Source of the DNA: a virus
Taxonomy: Duplodnaviria > Caudoviricetes
Reading direction: 5' to 3' (one strand)
IMG/VR virus record: IMGVR_UViG_3300028172_000069
DNA: 64,000 nt
Below are positions 20,061-28,399 of the stretch, one piece after another. The notes under the pieces are model-generated. The model made no database searches. It was not told the DNA's origin and saw only the letters and a list, made by a program, of their open reading frames with translations. The first letter of the stretch is position 1; every line of letters starts with the position of its first letter. The translations under genes and the position numbers were made by a program.

Positions 20061-20663
20061 TTACGAGCTGATCCAGCCACGTGGGTTGTTGGCAGCGCGA
20101 ACGAGAATGTCCACACGCTCTTGCGGGGTTTGCCCGCGTGGATAGTAACCGCCACGTGGATCGTCACGGAAGTGCGCTTCACGGAACATGGCGATGCGGG
20201 CTTCGACAAACTCGTCGAGTGTCTTGATGCCGTACTGCGGCTCTGCAAGCGAGCGGCGGCTGTAACGCTCAACACTGCAATCGCTACTGTCCTGATCGTA
20301 CCACATCAGAAAGTAGCTGTTGTCGGTTTCGTACAGTACCAACCAGTCGTCGCCTTTGGCCTTGAAGTGGTGTTTCGCGGTTGCAGCATCTGCAAACGCT
20401 TGGTAGTTCTCGACAGTAGGTGCGATCCAGTTGGCATCGTTGTCTTCGTCATTGTCAACGCGCTCACCCTCTGGCTTTTCAAGACCGTAGCGCGCCAGCA
20501 GGAACGCGACGTGGTTCTTCCCGTAGTTTACCAGACCATCGAGAAACGAACTAGCAACGTAGTCGTAGCGGGTGTCGAAGGCGATACCTCCATCGCGCAT
20601 GATCTGCGCAGTTGGATAGTCGTATTCCTCCATTGGGAAATCTTTCAGCTTGTACTGAGACAT
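20061..20663 (-). CDS. Hypothetical protein
   Basis: 200-aa ORF, GAGG RBS. Confidence 0.7.
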   Translation of the reverse strand: MSQYKLKDFPMEEYDYPTAQIMRDGGIAFDTRYDYVASSFLDGLVNYGKNHVAFLLARYGLEKPEGERVDNDEDNDANWIAPTVENYQAFADAATAKHHFKAKGDDWLVLYETDNSYFLMWYDQDSSDCSVERYSRRSLAEPQYGIKTLDEFVEARIAMFREAHFRDDPRGGYYPRGQTPQERVDILVRAANNPRGWISS

Positions 20664-20665
20664 GG

Positions 20666-21301
20666 TCAGCCCTCGGAACGAGTCTTGCCAACGATGCCGT
20701 AGTAACCGCCGATCGCTGGGATGAAGATTTGATTGTCGAACTTCTTGTGGTGCTCAAGCGGATCGAGGCTGAACATCACTTCACCTTCCGACGTTGGAGC
20801 ACGCAGAGTACGCACGCCGTAGCGCTTGCAGTCGTCAGCCAAACGGATCACGATGAAACGGGGATCGACATGGGTCTGCTGGATTGCACGGCGAGCGATG
20901 TAGTCGTAGGCACCTTTGCCTAGGTCAACGAAGCGAGCGAACAGGTCGATCACATGCTTGTCTTCGCTGATGTGGTAGCCTTCTTTCGGGTCGAGGCCTT
21001 CGAACGCGAGGAAGGTGTACACGGCGGTCGCGCTTGGCGATGCCGAGTCGAAGTATTCTTCAACCAGCTTGGCCACACCTTCTGCGAACTCGATCTGGAG
21101 AGGCGTCAGTGCTGGACACTCAGCAGGACGCTCAAATTCTGGACGATCAACACCGCCGTCCATGATCTTGTCGTAGGCTGCGCGCAACTGTGCCTTGTTC
21201 GGATGATCGAACGTTGGGTACAACTCGGCGCAGGCTTGTTTGAAGTACAGCTCGGCCGTGTTCAGGTTGATCCGAGTGTACTTGGTCATCACGGTGCTCA
21301 T
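20666..21301 (-). CDS. Hypothetical protein
   Basis: ATGA overlap with the upstream amide-ligase gene. Confidence 0.7.
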   Translation of the reverse strand: MSTVMTKYTRINLNTAELYFKQACAELYPTFDHPNKAQLRAAYDKIMDGGVDRPEFERPAECPALTPLQIEFAEGVAKLVEEYFDSASPSATAVYTFLAFEGLDPKEGYHISEDKHVIDLFARFVDLGKGAYDYIARRAIQQTHVDPRFIVIRLADDCKRYGVRTLRAPTSEGEVMFSLDPLEHHKKFDNQIFIPAIGGYYGIVGKTRSEG

Positions 21302-22155
21302 TCGTCGTCCCACCCTGTATCTGGTTCGCTTACTGCTGGACCGTGAGTACGCACCAGCTCGTTGTAGATGCCGACTACAGACTTGTAGCCTTTGGTGTTC
21401 AGTGGGCTTTCGAGCAGATGCTCCTCGAAGCCAGCCTTGATGCCAGTGTCACCCAACTGAAACGGTTGGTGAACGTACACACGCACGCGCTCGAAATACT
21501 CCTCGAATGCCATGCGGCTGACTGCCTTCTGAATAGGCTTGTTCAGGTCAGCAGGGGTCGCACCCTGGAAGATTTTCAGAATCTTCGGTGTGAAGAAGAT
21601 CGGGCAGTACGCAAGGTCACCGCCGTTCTCTGCACACCACTTCTCGATCAAGCCCTTCTGGAAGGCTTTGTTGGACGAGAATGCGAGCGCACGGAATTCG
21701 TCTTCGCGCCCAGCGTAGTGCTGGCAGGCTTTGCGACTCAGGCAGTACAGGCTGTCTGCACCGTGACCAGTGAAGAACACGTCTTCCTTGATCTTGGGCA
21801 GCAGATGGTACATTGGCCAGAAGCACTCGAAGTCGGTCTTCGATCGGCAGCCAAACTCGGCGAGCTTCACGACGTCCTTCATCAAACGCTTCTGACCAGT
21901 GGGCAATGTGACTTTGGTAAACGGCAGTCCGAACTCTTTCGCAGTCAGTTGGGCGATGCGCACGTCGCGGCTCTCGACACCTTCGAGGTGGAAGCTGTAC
22001 ACATGCGGCTTCAACCCAGCCTCAAGGCAAGCGAACAGGGCGCAGTGACTGTCCACACCGCTGCTCATTGGCACGGCTACCTTCTTCACGCCGTACGACG
22101 CTGCCCGTTCAACAAGGGCTTTACGGAGCTTTCTGGCTCGCGTCTTCTGATCCAT
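21298..22155 (-). CDS. Asparagine-synthetase-C/PP-loop ATP-dependent amide ligase-like protein (CmoY-like)
   Basis: VAVPMSSGVDS PP-loop and FFTGHGADSL (AsnB TGEGADEL-like); no glutaminase domain; neighbours cmoA-like and C5-MTase-like genes. Confidence 0.75.
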   Translation of the reverse strand: MDQKTRARKLRKALVERAASYGVKKVAVPMSSGVDSHCALFACLEAGLKPHVYSFHLEGVESRDVRIAQLTAKEFGLPFTKVTLPTGQKRLMKDVVKLAEFGCRSKTDFECFWPMYHLLPKIKEDVFFTGHGADSLYCLSRKACQHYAGREDEFRALAFSSNKAFQKGLIEKWCAENGGDLAYCPIFFTPKILKIFQGATPADLNKPIQKAVSRMAFEEYFERVRVYVHQPFQLGDTGIKAGFEEHLLESPLNTKGYKSVVGIYNELVRTHGPAVSEPDTGWDDE

Positions 22156-22163
22156 GATCGCTC

Positions 22164-22616
22164 CTAGCGTTTCTTCTTGCCTTTGAATTTTACCCAGTGA
22201 TTACCCTGGAGTCCGCCTTCAAGTTTGTGCAGGCGAACAATGTCACCGTTGGACTTGATGCCCACGATGTAGTAACCCAGGTACTTGTCCTTCGTCACTT
22301 TAAGGAAGGCGGCTGGCGACGTGCGCAAAGGCATGCCGCTGATATCCTTCTTCTTGGTGATCGTGTACGCCACGTAATCGCTGTTGGTCCAATCGTCCAG
22401 CAACTTCATCATCACGTCTGGCATCACGAACTTCATATCGTTGCCGTTGACGGCATAGAAGAACGTGTTGGCATCGCCCTTACCAACGGTGTACATGATG
22501 CCTGCTTGGGTTGCAGACACTTGCCACTGATGAAGGCGACGCTCATTCGGGCTCAGGCCCTCTTCCATTTTCCACAGCGTTTTCACACGCTTGCGGAGCA
22601 ATTGGAGTTCGCGCAT
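22164..22616 (-). CDS. Hypothetical protein inside the modification cluster
   Basis: 150-aa ORF 3 nt after the cmoA-like stop. Confidence 0.7.
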   Translation of the reverse strand: MRELQLLRKRVKTLWKMEEGLSPNERRLHQWQVSATQAGIMYTVGKGDANTFFYAVNGNDMKFVMPDVMMKLLDDWTNSDYVAYTITKKKDISGMPLRTSPAAFLKVTKDKYLGYYIVGIKSNGDIVRLHKLEGGLQGNHWVKFKGKKKR

Positions 22617-22619
22617 TGC

Positions 22620-23405
22620 TTAGTCCTTGATGGCGATGTAGCCCACGAAGTTGAGGTTGCGGAAGAACGTCTCGACGCTACGGAAGCCAGCGGTGCGCAG
22701 CATTTCGATATTGTTCTCATGGGTCACTGGGACCTGAACACCTTCGAGGGCTGCACGCTTGCGCTCAATGTCTTCCCAGCTATAGCCGTTGTCGTGCTTG
22801 TACTCATGGTAGGCATCGACCAGCAGTTCTTGCATCACTGCCGTGTTGCCCAGCACCTTCTCTACCATGAAGAAGGCACCGCCAGATTCCAGACCATCGT
22901 ACACGCCCTTTAGGATGGACGGTCGGAAATTGATCGGCACGAAGATCATGGTAAGGATCGACAGCACGAGGTTAGTCGGCAGCGTCTGCACTTTGTGGAA
23001 TTCCACACTGCCACTCATGTGCGCACTCGGCCAGCGAATGGCGTCGGCAATCTCTTTGGCCTTCTTGCGCAGGTCGTAGCTGCACGGGTGTACGTTGAAC
23101 TGGTCGGCGAAGCGCCCACGCATTTCTTCAAGCATCGGGTCCGAGATTTCGCTCAGATAGAACTGGGCTTCTGGGAACGCACCAATGAACTTGGCACTCG
23201 CTTCACCGCGGCTTGCACCGAGGTCAATGACGTTGCACGGTGTCTTGACGAAGTTCTTGCCCAGTCGCCACACCAATTCACGCATCGAACCATAGCCGGG
23301 GATGCTGCGCTCCAGCATGTTGTCAAACTTCTTGGCGACGTCCTCGTTGAACTCCCACTTCTGGCCGGGTACGTGATCGTCGCGCAGGGTTTCGATTGGT
23401 TGCAT
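22620..23405 (-). CDS. cmoA: Carboxy-SAM synthase CmoA-like
   Basis: WEFNEDVAKKFDNMLERSIPGY, DLGAS, MVEK, ERKRAALEGV, AGF..VETFFRNLNF.GYIAIK parallel E. coli CmoA motifs; GGAG RBS before ATG 23405. Confidence 0.88.
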   Translation of the reverse strand: MQPIETLRDDHVPGQKWEFNEDVAKKFDNMLERSIPGYGSMRELVWRLGKNFVKTPCNVIDLGASRGEASAKFIGAFPEAQFYLSEISDPMLEEMRGRFADQFNVHPCSYDLRKKAKEIADAIRWPSAHMSGSVEFHKVQTLPTNLVLSILTMIFVPINFRPSILKGVYDGLESGGAFFMVEKVLGNTAVMQELLVDAYHEYKHDNGYSWEDIERKRAALEGVQVPVTHENNIEMLRTAGFRSVETFFRNLNFVGYIAIKD

Positions 23406-23448
23406 GTCCGTAACTCCATGTTTGATGCCCATGTGGGCTTACTGGTCA

Positions 23449-23455
23449 TTTACAG
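23449..23455 (-). promoter_or_regulatory. CTGTAAA putative phage promoter motif (representative copy)
   Basis: Directly after a terminator and 44 nt upstream of cmoA; recurrent motif, see findings. Confidence 0.5.
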
Positions 23456-23467
23456 TTTCAAGGCCAC

Positions 23468-23493
23468 AAAAAGGGAGCGCGATGGCTCCCTTT
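23468..23493 (-). terminator. Rho-independent terminator
   Basis: AAAGGGAGC-CATCGC-GCTCCCTTTTT. Confidence 0.75.
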
Positions 23494-23502
23494 GTGCGAG
23501 GC

Positions 23503-24516
23503 TTACAGCTTTTCGAGGATATTGCGGCGAAGCTCGCGGCAAACGTGGTACATCATGAGCGGTGGTACCGAGCGGCCGATGCGCTCAAACTGCTGCTTGT
23601 AGGTACCAGTGAAGATGAAGTCTTCGGGGAAGGTGAAGATGGTCTTCAACTCGTCGATGGTGTACTTACGGCGCTCACCGCTCAGCGTCTCGATGAATCC
23701 ACCTGAGGAGAATCCAGCAGTCTCGCTGTTGGTGCCATCCGAAGCCACGATTGTAGGTGACGGGATCGACGCAGGCACGTACTTCAGGTCACCCTTGTGC
23801 TTCGACTTCAGGTACGCCACGTGAGGTAGAACGTCATTCACGTTGATGGCATACTTGTGCGGCGTTGGGAATACAGGGTCGAAACCTTTCTTCACCAGAT
23901 CGTCACGCACGCCGACGAAGATCACACGCTCACGGGCTTGCGCCACACCAAGGTATGCAGCGTTGAGCACTTGCGCACGCACGCTGTAACCGATCGCCTT
24001 CAAGTCACGGAGAATTTCGACGAAGTAGCCTTTCGCGTCACCCTCGACCATGCCTTTGACATTCTCGCAAACAAATACCTTCGGCATGAAGGCTTCCAGC
24101 TTGCGCATTTCCTCGTAGAAGAGGTCGTCTGTGCGCTGGTAGACGTTCTCGCTGTACAGCTTCTCCTTGCCCCAGTCATCACTGCCAGTACCAGACGTGG
24201 AGAATGACTTGCACGGTGGGCTACCTTCCGAGAAGTCGAGCTGGCCACGTTTCAGGCCAAGCTCTTTGCGAATGGCTGCCCAGTCAACCTTGCGAATGTC
24301 TTCGCCGATGACCATGGTGCCTTTGTGGTTCTTCTGGTAGGTTTCGATGGCCGGCTTGATGAACTCGGTAGCCGCGAGCACTTGGATGCCCGCCATCTTC
24401 ACGCCAGTAGACGAGCCGCCACAGCCACTGAAAGAACTGATGCCTTTGAAGTGCTTGGGCAGCGCGTTGATCTTCTTCATCGAAGGGATCTTGGGAATGC
24501 GTTTCTCATTGGCCAT
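23503..24516 (-). CDS. DNA cytosine-C5 methyltransferase-fold enzyme, probably a carboxymethyltransferase (CmoX-like)
   Basis: Motifs I FSGCGG, IV SPPCKSFS, VI ENV, VIII QARERVIFVG; motif X is GRSVPP rather than GN(S/A)V. Confidence 0.88.
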   Translation of the reverse strand: MANEKRIPKIPSMKKINALPKHFKGISSFSGCGGSSTGVKMAGIQVLAATEFIKPAIETYQKNHKGTMVIGEDIRKVDWAAIRKELGLKRGQLDFSEGSPPCKSFSTSGTGSDDWGKEKLYSENVYQRTDDLFYEEMRKLEAFMPKVFVCENVKGMVEGDAKGYFVEILRDLKAIGYSVRAQVLNAAYLGVAQARERVIFVGVRDDLVKKGFDPVFPTPHKYAINVNDVLPHVAYLKSKHKGDLKYVPASIPSPTIVASDGTNSETAGFSSGGFIETLSGERRKYTIDELKTIFTFPEDFIFTGTYKQQFERIGRSVPPLMMYHVCRELRRNILEKL

Positions 24517-24526
24517 GGCTGCGTCC

Positions 24527-25333
24527 TTACTTCTTTTTCTTCGCTGGCATTTTCAGCTCTGTTTTCTTCGGAGCCGCGAGCTTGGATTTCTTGGGCTTGT
24601 CACCCTTGTCCTTACTCTTGACCTTCTCTTTGTCTTTCGACTTTTCCTTCTTGCCGTCTTTCTCTTTCAGCTTGAGCTTCGGAGCTTTCGGCTCAGCCTT
24701 GGCCGCAGGCTGCGACTTGGCACTGGTGTTGAACTGGAATTTGCACTTCGGGCAGCAATGCTCGAACTCGAAGCTGTCCTCGCCGAACTCTTGGAACGAC
24801 TCCTTGCCTTCGCCATCGTTGTCGATTTCGCGACCTTTGGAGTCGAGCGTTGGCATCTTTGGCATCAAGCCACGCAGGCTCAGTGGGTCGATACCCAGAA
24901 CGTTCACGTCGAACGACTTGCCGGCGTCGAGCTTCTCCAGCATAACGCCCAGCTTGGTACGGTCGAAGTCGCCACCGTGCGCGTTCGCTGCGATGTTGGC
25001 CGCCATCTCGGATTTCTTGTCGCTCCAGTCCACGATGCGTAGTGGGATACGGATTTCGCCGCTCGCAGTCTTCGCAACGATGTGACCTTCTGCAACGGTA
25101 CCGAAGGCGTCCTTCACAGGCTTTGTGACGATCTTGGTCTTGACGTCCTTACCGCGCAGACGCTTCAAGCGCTGGTGACCGGAAATCAGGTTCTGGGTCT
25201 TCTTGTTGAAGACGACGCCGGACAGGTCACCGTAGGTAGTCATGGACAGGTGCAGGTTGTCCAGTCGCTTTTCACTGATGACACGCGGGTTATACTTGGC
25301 CTCTTTGAGGTCCTTGATGGTCAATTCTGCCAT
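24527..25333 (-). CDS. ParB/Srx N-terminal-domain protein with CPKC zinc finger and basic tail
   Basis: YNPR...SMTTYG..VVFN...LISGHQRL; HCCPKC. Confidence 0.85.
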   Translation of the reverse strand: MAELTIKDLKEAKYNPRVISEKRLDNLHLSMTTYGDLSGVVFNKKTQNLISGHQRLKRLRGKDVKTKIVTKPVKDAFGTVAEGHIVAKTASGEIRIPLRIVDWSDKKSEMAANIAANAHGGDFDRTKLGVMLEKLDAGKSFDVNVLGIDPLSLRGLMPKMPTLDSKGREIDNDGEGKESFQEFGEDSFEFEHCCPKCKFQFNTSAKSQPAAKAEPKAPKLKLKEKDGKKEKSKDKEKVKSKDKGDKPKKSKLAAPKKTELKMPAKKKK

Positions 25334-25348
25334 TTGCTTAATAGCCTG

Positions 25349-25582
25349 TTAGTTCTTGGGAATTGGGTAGCAGTCGGTCGCGACACCGTCCGTGCCAGTT
25401 GCGATGAAACACTCGATGCCGGGCCGCGGCGAGTAAACTTGCTTTTGCACGGAAGTCGCTGCCATCCAACGACTCCATGCAGTGAACCCGTAGATCATCA
25501 ACATGATGAATACTACCACGCCCGCAACAGCCAGAAGGATGAGGGCGAACGTTTTACGGTCGTTTTGTGCTGAATGTGCCAT
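25349..25582 (-). CDS. Small membrane protein
   Basis: One long hydrophobic helix; GGAG RBS. Confidence 0.7.
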   Translation of the reverse strand: MAHSAQNDRKTFALILLAVAGVVVFIMLMIYGFTAWSRWMAATSVQKQVYSPRPGIECFIATGTDGVATDCYPIPKN

Positions 25583-25616
25583 AGCATTCTCCAGTGGTTT
25601 GTCTGGAGTTTACAGT

Positions 25617-26120
25617 TTAGATCACCACTCCGAGTTCCTCACGCATGATGCGCAGGCACTCATCCTTCTGCATGAACATCCAGCGCTTCGGTAACGGGAT
25701 GCGCTTACCAGAGCCCGTCATGAGCAGCACGCAGAACTTGAAGCCGCGCTCTTGGCATGCCTTGGCCTTAGCCTTGTTCATGCTCCAGCCGCGCTTCTTG
25801 TTGTTGATCAGGCCCATCGTTGCCTTCGACTTCACTTCCACGATGATGTTGTGGTTGCGAATGAAGATATCAGGCATGTAGGTACGCCAGCGCTTGCCGT
25901 ACTTGTAGCGAATGTTCAGGGCGTTACCCATTTCGCACTCGGTACGAATGTCGGCCGGGTCGAATCCGCCTTTCTCGACAAGGTACTCCAGCGCTTGTCG
26001 CTCGTAGCCTTGAACCAGCAGTTGCCGACCGTGGAACTCATAGTGGTACTGCTTGTACTTCTCGGAACGCTTCTGTCTGCGTTTCTTCATCGGTGCGTTG
26101 TTTCCAAACAGACCTTGCAT
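25617..26120 (-). CDS. PD-(D/E)xK endonuclease
   Basis: VQGYE..AL...TYMPDIFI..NIIVEVKS; GGAGG RBS. Confidence 0.8.
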   Translation of the reverse strand: MQGLFGNNAPMKKRRQKRSEKYKQYHYEFHGRQLLVQGYERQALEYLVEKGGFDPADIRTECEMGNALNIRYKYGKRWRTYMPDIFIRNHNIIVEVKSKATMGLINNKKRGWSMNKAKAKACQERGFKFCVLLMTGSGKRIPLPKRWMFMQKDECLRIMREELGVVI

Positions 26121-26178
26121 ACGGTAACCTCCCAGTCAATGCTGGAAAAATTACCAAGGGAAATGAAAACGGGAACCA

Positions 26179-26472
26179 CTAGGGCTCCCGTATTGCCATT
26201 GCGCGTATGGCACTGCGCAGTCTGACTGGATCATTGCTATGTACAGGGTTCTCGAAGAACTCGCGCAGTGGTTCCTTGTACGGTCCACGTGCGAAGAACA
26301 CCAGCACGGTATCTGTCACTTGGATGCGCACGTTGTCGTGCGGAGCCTTGCGCTTGAACGTAGTTGCTGACTGGTCGAACTCACCAATCACTGTACCCAT
26401 ATCGTCAGCCAGCGTGGTCAGTTTCGAGAACACCTCCGCTGCTCTCTCGGAGGAAGGAAACAAGTTCGTCAT
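26179..26472 (-). CDS. Hypothetical protein
   Basis: 97-aa ORF, AAGGA RBS. Confidence 0.6.
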   Translation of the reverse strand: MTNLFPSSERAAEVFSKLTTLADDMGTVIGEFDQSATTFKRKAPHDNVRIQVTDTVLVFFARGPYKEPLREFFENPVHSNDPVRLRSAIRAMAIREP

Positions 26473-26803
26473 ACGTGCGGTCCTTGTTGAATGGGTCGAA
26501 TATCAGGACGTCCGGATGTTGTCGCAGGACGTAGTCACAGAAGTCCAGATAGCCTTGCGCGTCCACGTCATGCGTGGATGCTGCAACGTGGAGAACATCG
26601 TGCCTGCGTATTTGGGAGCAGACAACTTCGGGGAATCTTGGCAGGGTAGCGTATACCTGAATGTCGAACTCAGGATAGGTGCGCTCGCTACTCGCCGCAG
26701 CATGGGTGATAAACAGGTCTAGACCAGGGACGTTCTCTTTCCAGAGTTCCTCCAGCAGGCGAGTGCGCGTTGCGCTGTCGTCCCACAGAATGTTCAGCTT
26801 CAT
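26405..26803 (-). CDS. Hypothetical protein
   Basis: Start MKLNILW after a terminator; AAGGA RBS. Confidence 0.6.
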   Translation of the reverse strand: MKLNILWDDSATRTRLLEELWKENVPGLDLFITHAAASSERTYPEFDIQVYATLPRFPEVVCSQIRRHDVLHVAASTHDVDAQGYLDFCDYVLRQHPDVLIFDPFNKDRTYDELVSFLRESSGGVLETDHAG

Positions 26804-26827
26804 GCACTCAGTCCTTTTACAGATACC

Positions 26828-26851
26828 AAAAAGGCGACCCGAAGGCCGCCT
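26828..26851 (-). terminator. Rho-independent terminator (UUCG loop)
   Basis: AGGCGGCC-TTCG-GGTCGCCT-TTTT. Confidence 0.85.
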
Positions 26852-26870
26852 CAGAGGATGTTGCGTTTGC

Positions 26871-27044
26871 TTACAAGCGTAAGCCACTCACCACTCCCAG
26901 CGCGCTCAGGAGGTAGATGATGGCAATGATGATGAAGATGACGATGACGACTTGCTTGATCCGCGGAGGCAGAGGAAGCAGGGTGAGCAGATAGTAAATC
27001 AGCACACCGACCAGCACCAACACCAAAAGGCCTACAAGAGACAT
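26871..27044 (-). CDS. 57-aa two-helix membrane protein (not in ORF track)
   Basis: AGGAGG RBS; MSLVGLLVLVLVGVLIYYLLTLLPLPPRIKQVVIVIFIIIAIIYLLSALGVVSGLRL. Confidence 0.8.
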   Translation of the reverse strand: MSLVGLLVLVLVGVLIYYLLTLLPLPPRIKQVVIVIFIIIAIIYLLSALGVVSGLRL

Positions 27045-27069
27045 AGCAACCTCCTATGCAGCCCGAGTG

Positions 27070-27765
27070 TTACTTCGGATTGCCGGTGACGATGCGTTGA
27101 TGGTAGCTGTTCAGCACGTCAGCTTCGTCGTCGCTGATCTTGCCATCATCAGGCTTTACCGCCAGGCGCTTTTGGCCGTGATGGTCTTCGGTCGCGAAGG
27201 TGGCCAGACGGTTGTCTTTGCGATACACCGCCGAGCTGGTAGCACCGCCGTACGACAGAGCTTCGAAGGCTTTGGCCGAGGCTTCCTGAATGTCCAGGTC
27301 TTCTTCACGCTGGCCGTTGATTTCGACAGCGTAGTCCTTCGGCAGCTTCTTCTCTTCGGCCTTGGCCGCGGCTTTCTGCTTGGAAGGTTGCAGGTCGCGA
27401 ATGTCTTCTTTCTCGACCTTGTCTTCCGCAGAAGCGTTTGGATCAGGCTTGATGATCGGCTGGTTACCAGCGTTGCCGGTCGATGCCACTTTGGATGCGC
27501 TGCTGCCTGCACCGGTCGCGTTCACACCCTCGGTGCCAACGGTGTGGCTGGCGTATGGGTATTCGCGCGATGGGTCCTTGTCAGCTTCCTTGGTGACGTC
27601 AACATGGACTTTGACTTCGCCGTCTTTCGGAGCAACGTTCTGGTTGTTGCCCTTCACGTCGCCAGCACTGGTAGTGTTGGGATCGTTGCTCTCACCGCCG
27701 TTGAGTTTGGCCTGAGCCTCGTCGTTGGCTTTTTGAGCTTCTTTCGGGTCTTTGTCGGTAGTCAT
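27070..27765 (-). CDS. Hypothetical low-complexity protein
   Basis: GAGG RBS before MTTDKDPK. Confidence 0.7.
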   Translation of the reverse strand: MTTDKDPKEAQKANDEAQAKLNGGESNDPNTTSAGDVKGNNQNVAPKDGEVKVHVDVTKEADKDPSREYPYASHTVGTEGVNATGAGSSASKVASTGNAGNQPIIKPDPNASAEDKVEKEDIRDLQPSKQKAAAKAEEKKLPKDYAVEINGQREEDLDIQEASAKAFEALSYGGATSSAVYRKDNRLATFATEDHHGQKRLAVKPDDGKISDDEADVLNSYHQRIVTGNPK

Positions 27766-27876
27766 GGCAGTATCCTCAGTGGTTGGACATTGCGAAGAAG
27801 ACATTCTGTCTCCTCCTATTAGATTAGACGACATACCCAGCAGAAAGTTCCGTGAAAGTTGACGAACGGTAAAAAT

Positions 27877-27902
27877 AAAAAGGGCCACCCGAAGGCAGCC
27901 CT
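27877..27902 (-). terminator. Rho-independent terminator (UUCG loop)
   Basis: AGGGCTGCC-TTCG-GGTGGCCCT-TTTT. Confidence 0.85.
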
Positions 27903-27908
27903 GAGAGG

Positions 27909-28346
27909 TCATGCGGCGATGCTAAACACTGGTACTTCGGTTGGCGAGGCAGTGTAGGCTTTGCGCCCGCCGATGCGCACACCAGCGTAGAACATCCAAG
28001 CACGCCAGCGAGCTACGCCTTCTGCCCGCAACGCACGGTACAGGACTTGGTCACACTCCTTACGGTTCGGGTAGTAGATCGACCCGTCCGCTTGGCGAAT
28101 GCCGTAGCCTGAGTACAACCAGTCGTGAATCGTGGCGGCCTTGTCACCGTAGTTGGCGAGCAGGGCGTAGAACACGAACAGCCAGATGTTGTGCAGCACG
28201 TCAATCGAGGCGTAGTTGGTCTGGAAGCCTTTATCTACCTCGATCTTGCCGAACACAGAGTCCTGATAGGTGAACACGGCGAGCATCTGATACAGCCGCC
28301 GTTGGAGCTCGCGTGTGTCAAAGTGGGAGAATACGCCTGATGCCAT
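27909..28346 (-). CDS. DUF1353-family protein
   Basis: GFQTNYASI, AATIHDWLY, RKECDQVL...G...WRAWMFYAGVRIGG. Confidence 0.8.
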   Translation of the reverse strand: MASGVFSHFDTRELQRRLYQMLAVFTYQDSVFGKIEVDKGFQTNYASIDVLHNIWLFVFYALLANYGDKAATIHDWLYSGYGIRQADGSIYYPNRKECDQVLYRALRAEGVARWRAWMFYAGVRIGGRKAYTASPTEVPVFSIAA

Positions 28347-28374
28347 GATATACCTTCGGTAGCGTGTGGAAATG

Positions 28375-28399
28375 AAAAAGGCGACCCGAAGGCCGCCTT
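28375..28399 (-). terminator. Rho-independent terminator (UUCG loop)
   Basis: AAGGCGGCC-TTCG-GGTCGCCTT-TTT. Confidence 0.85.
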
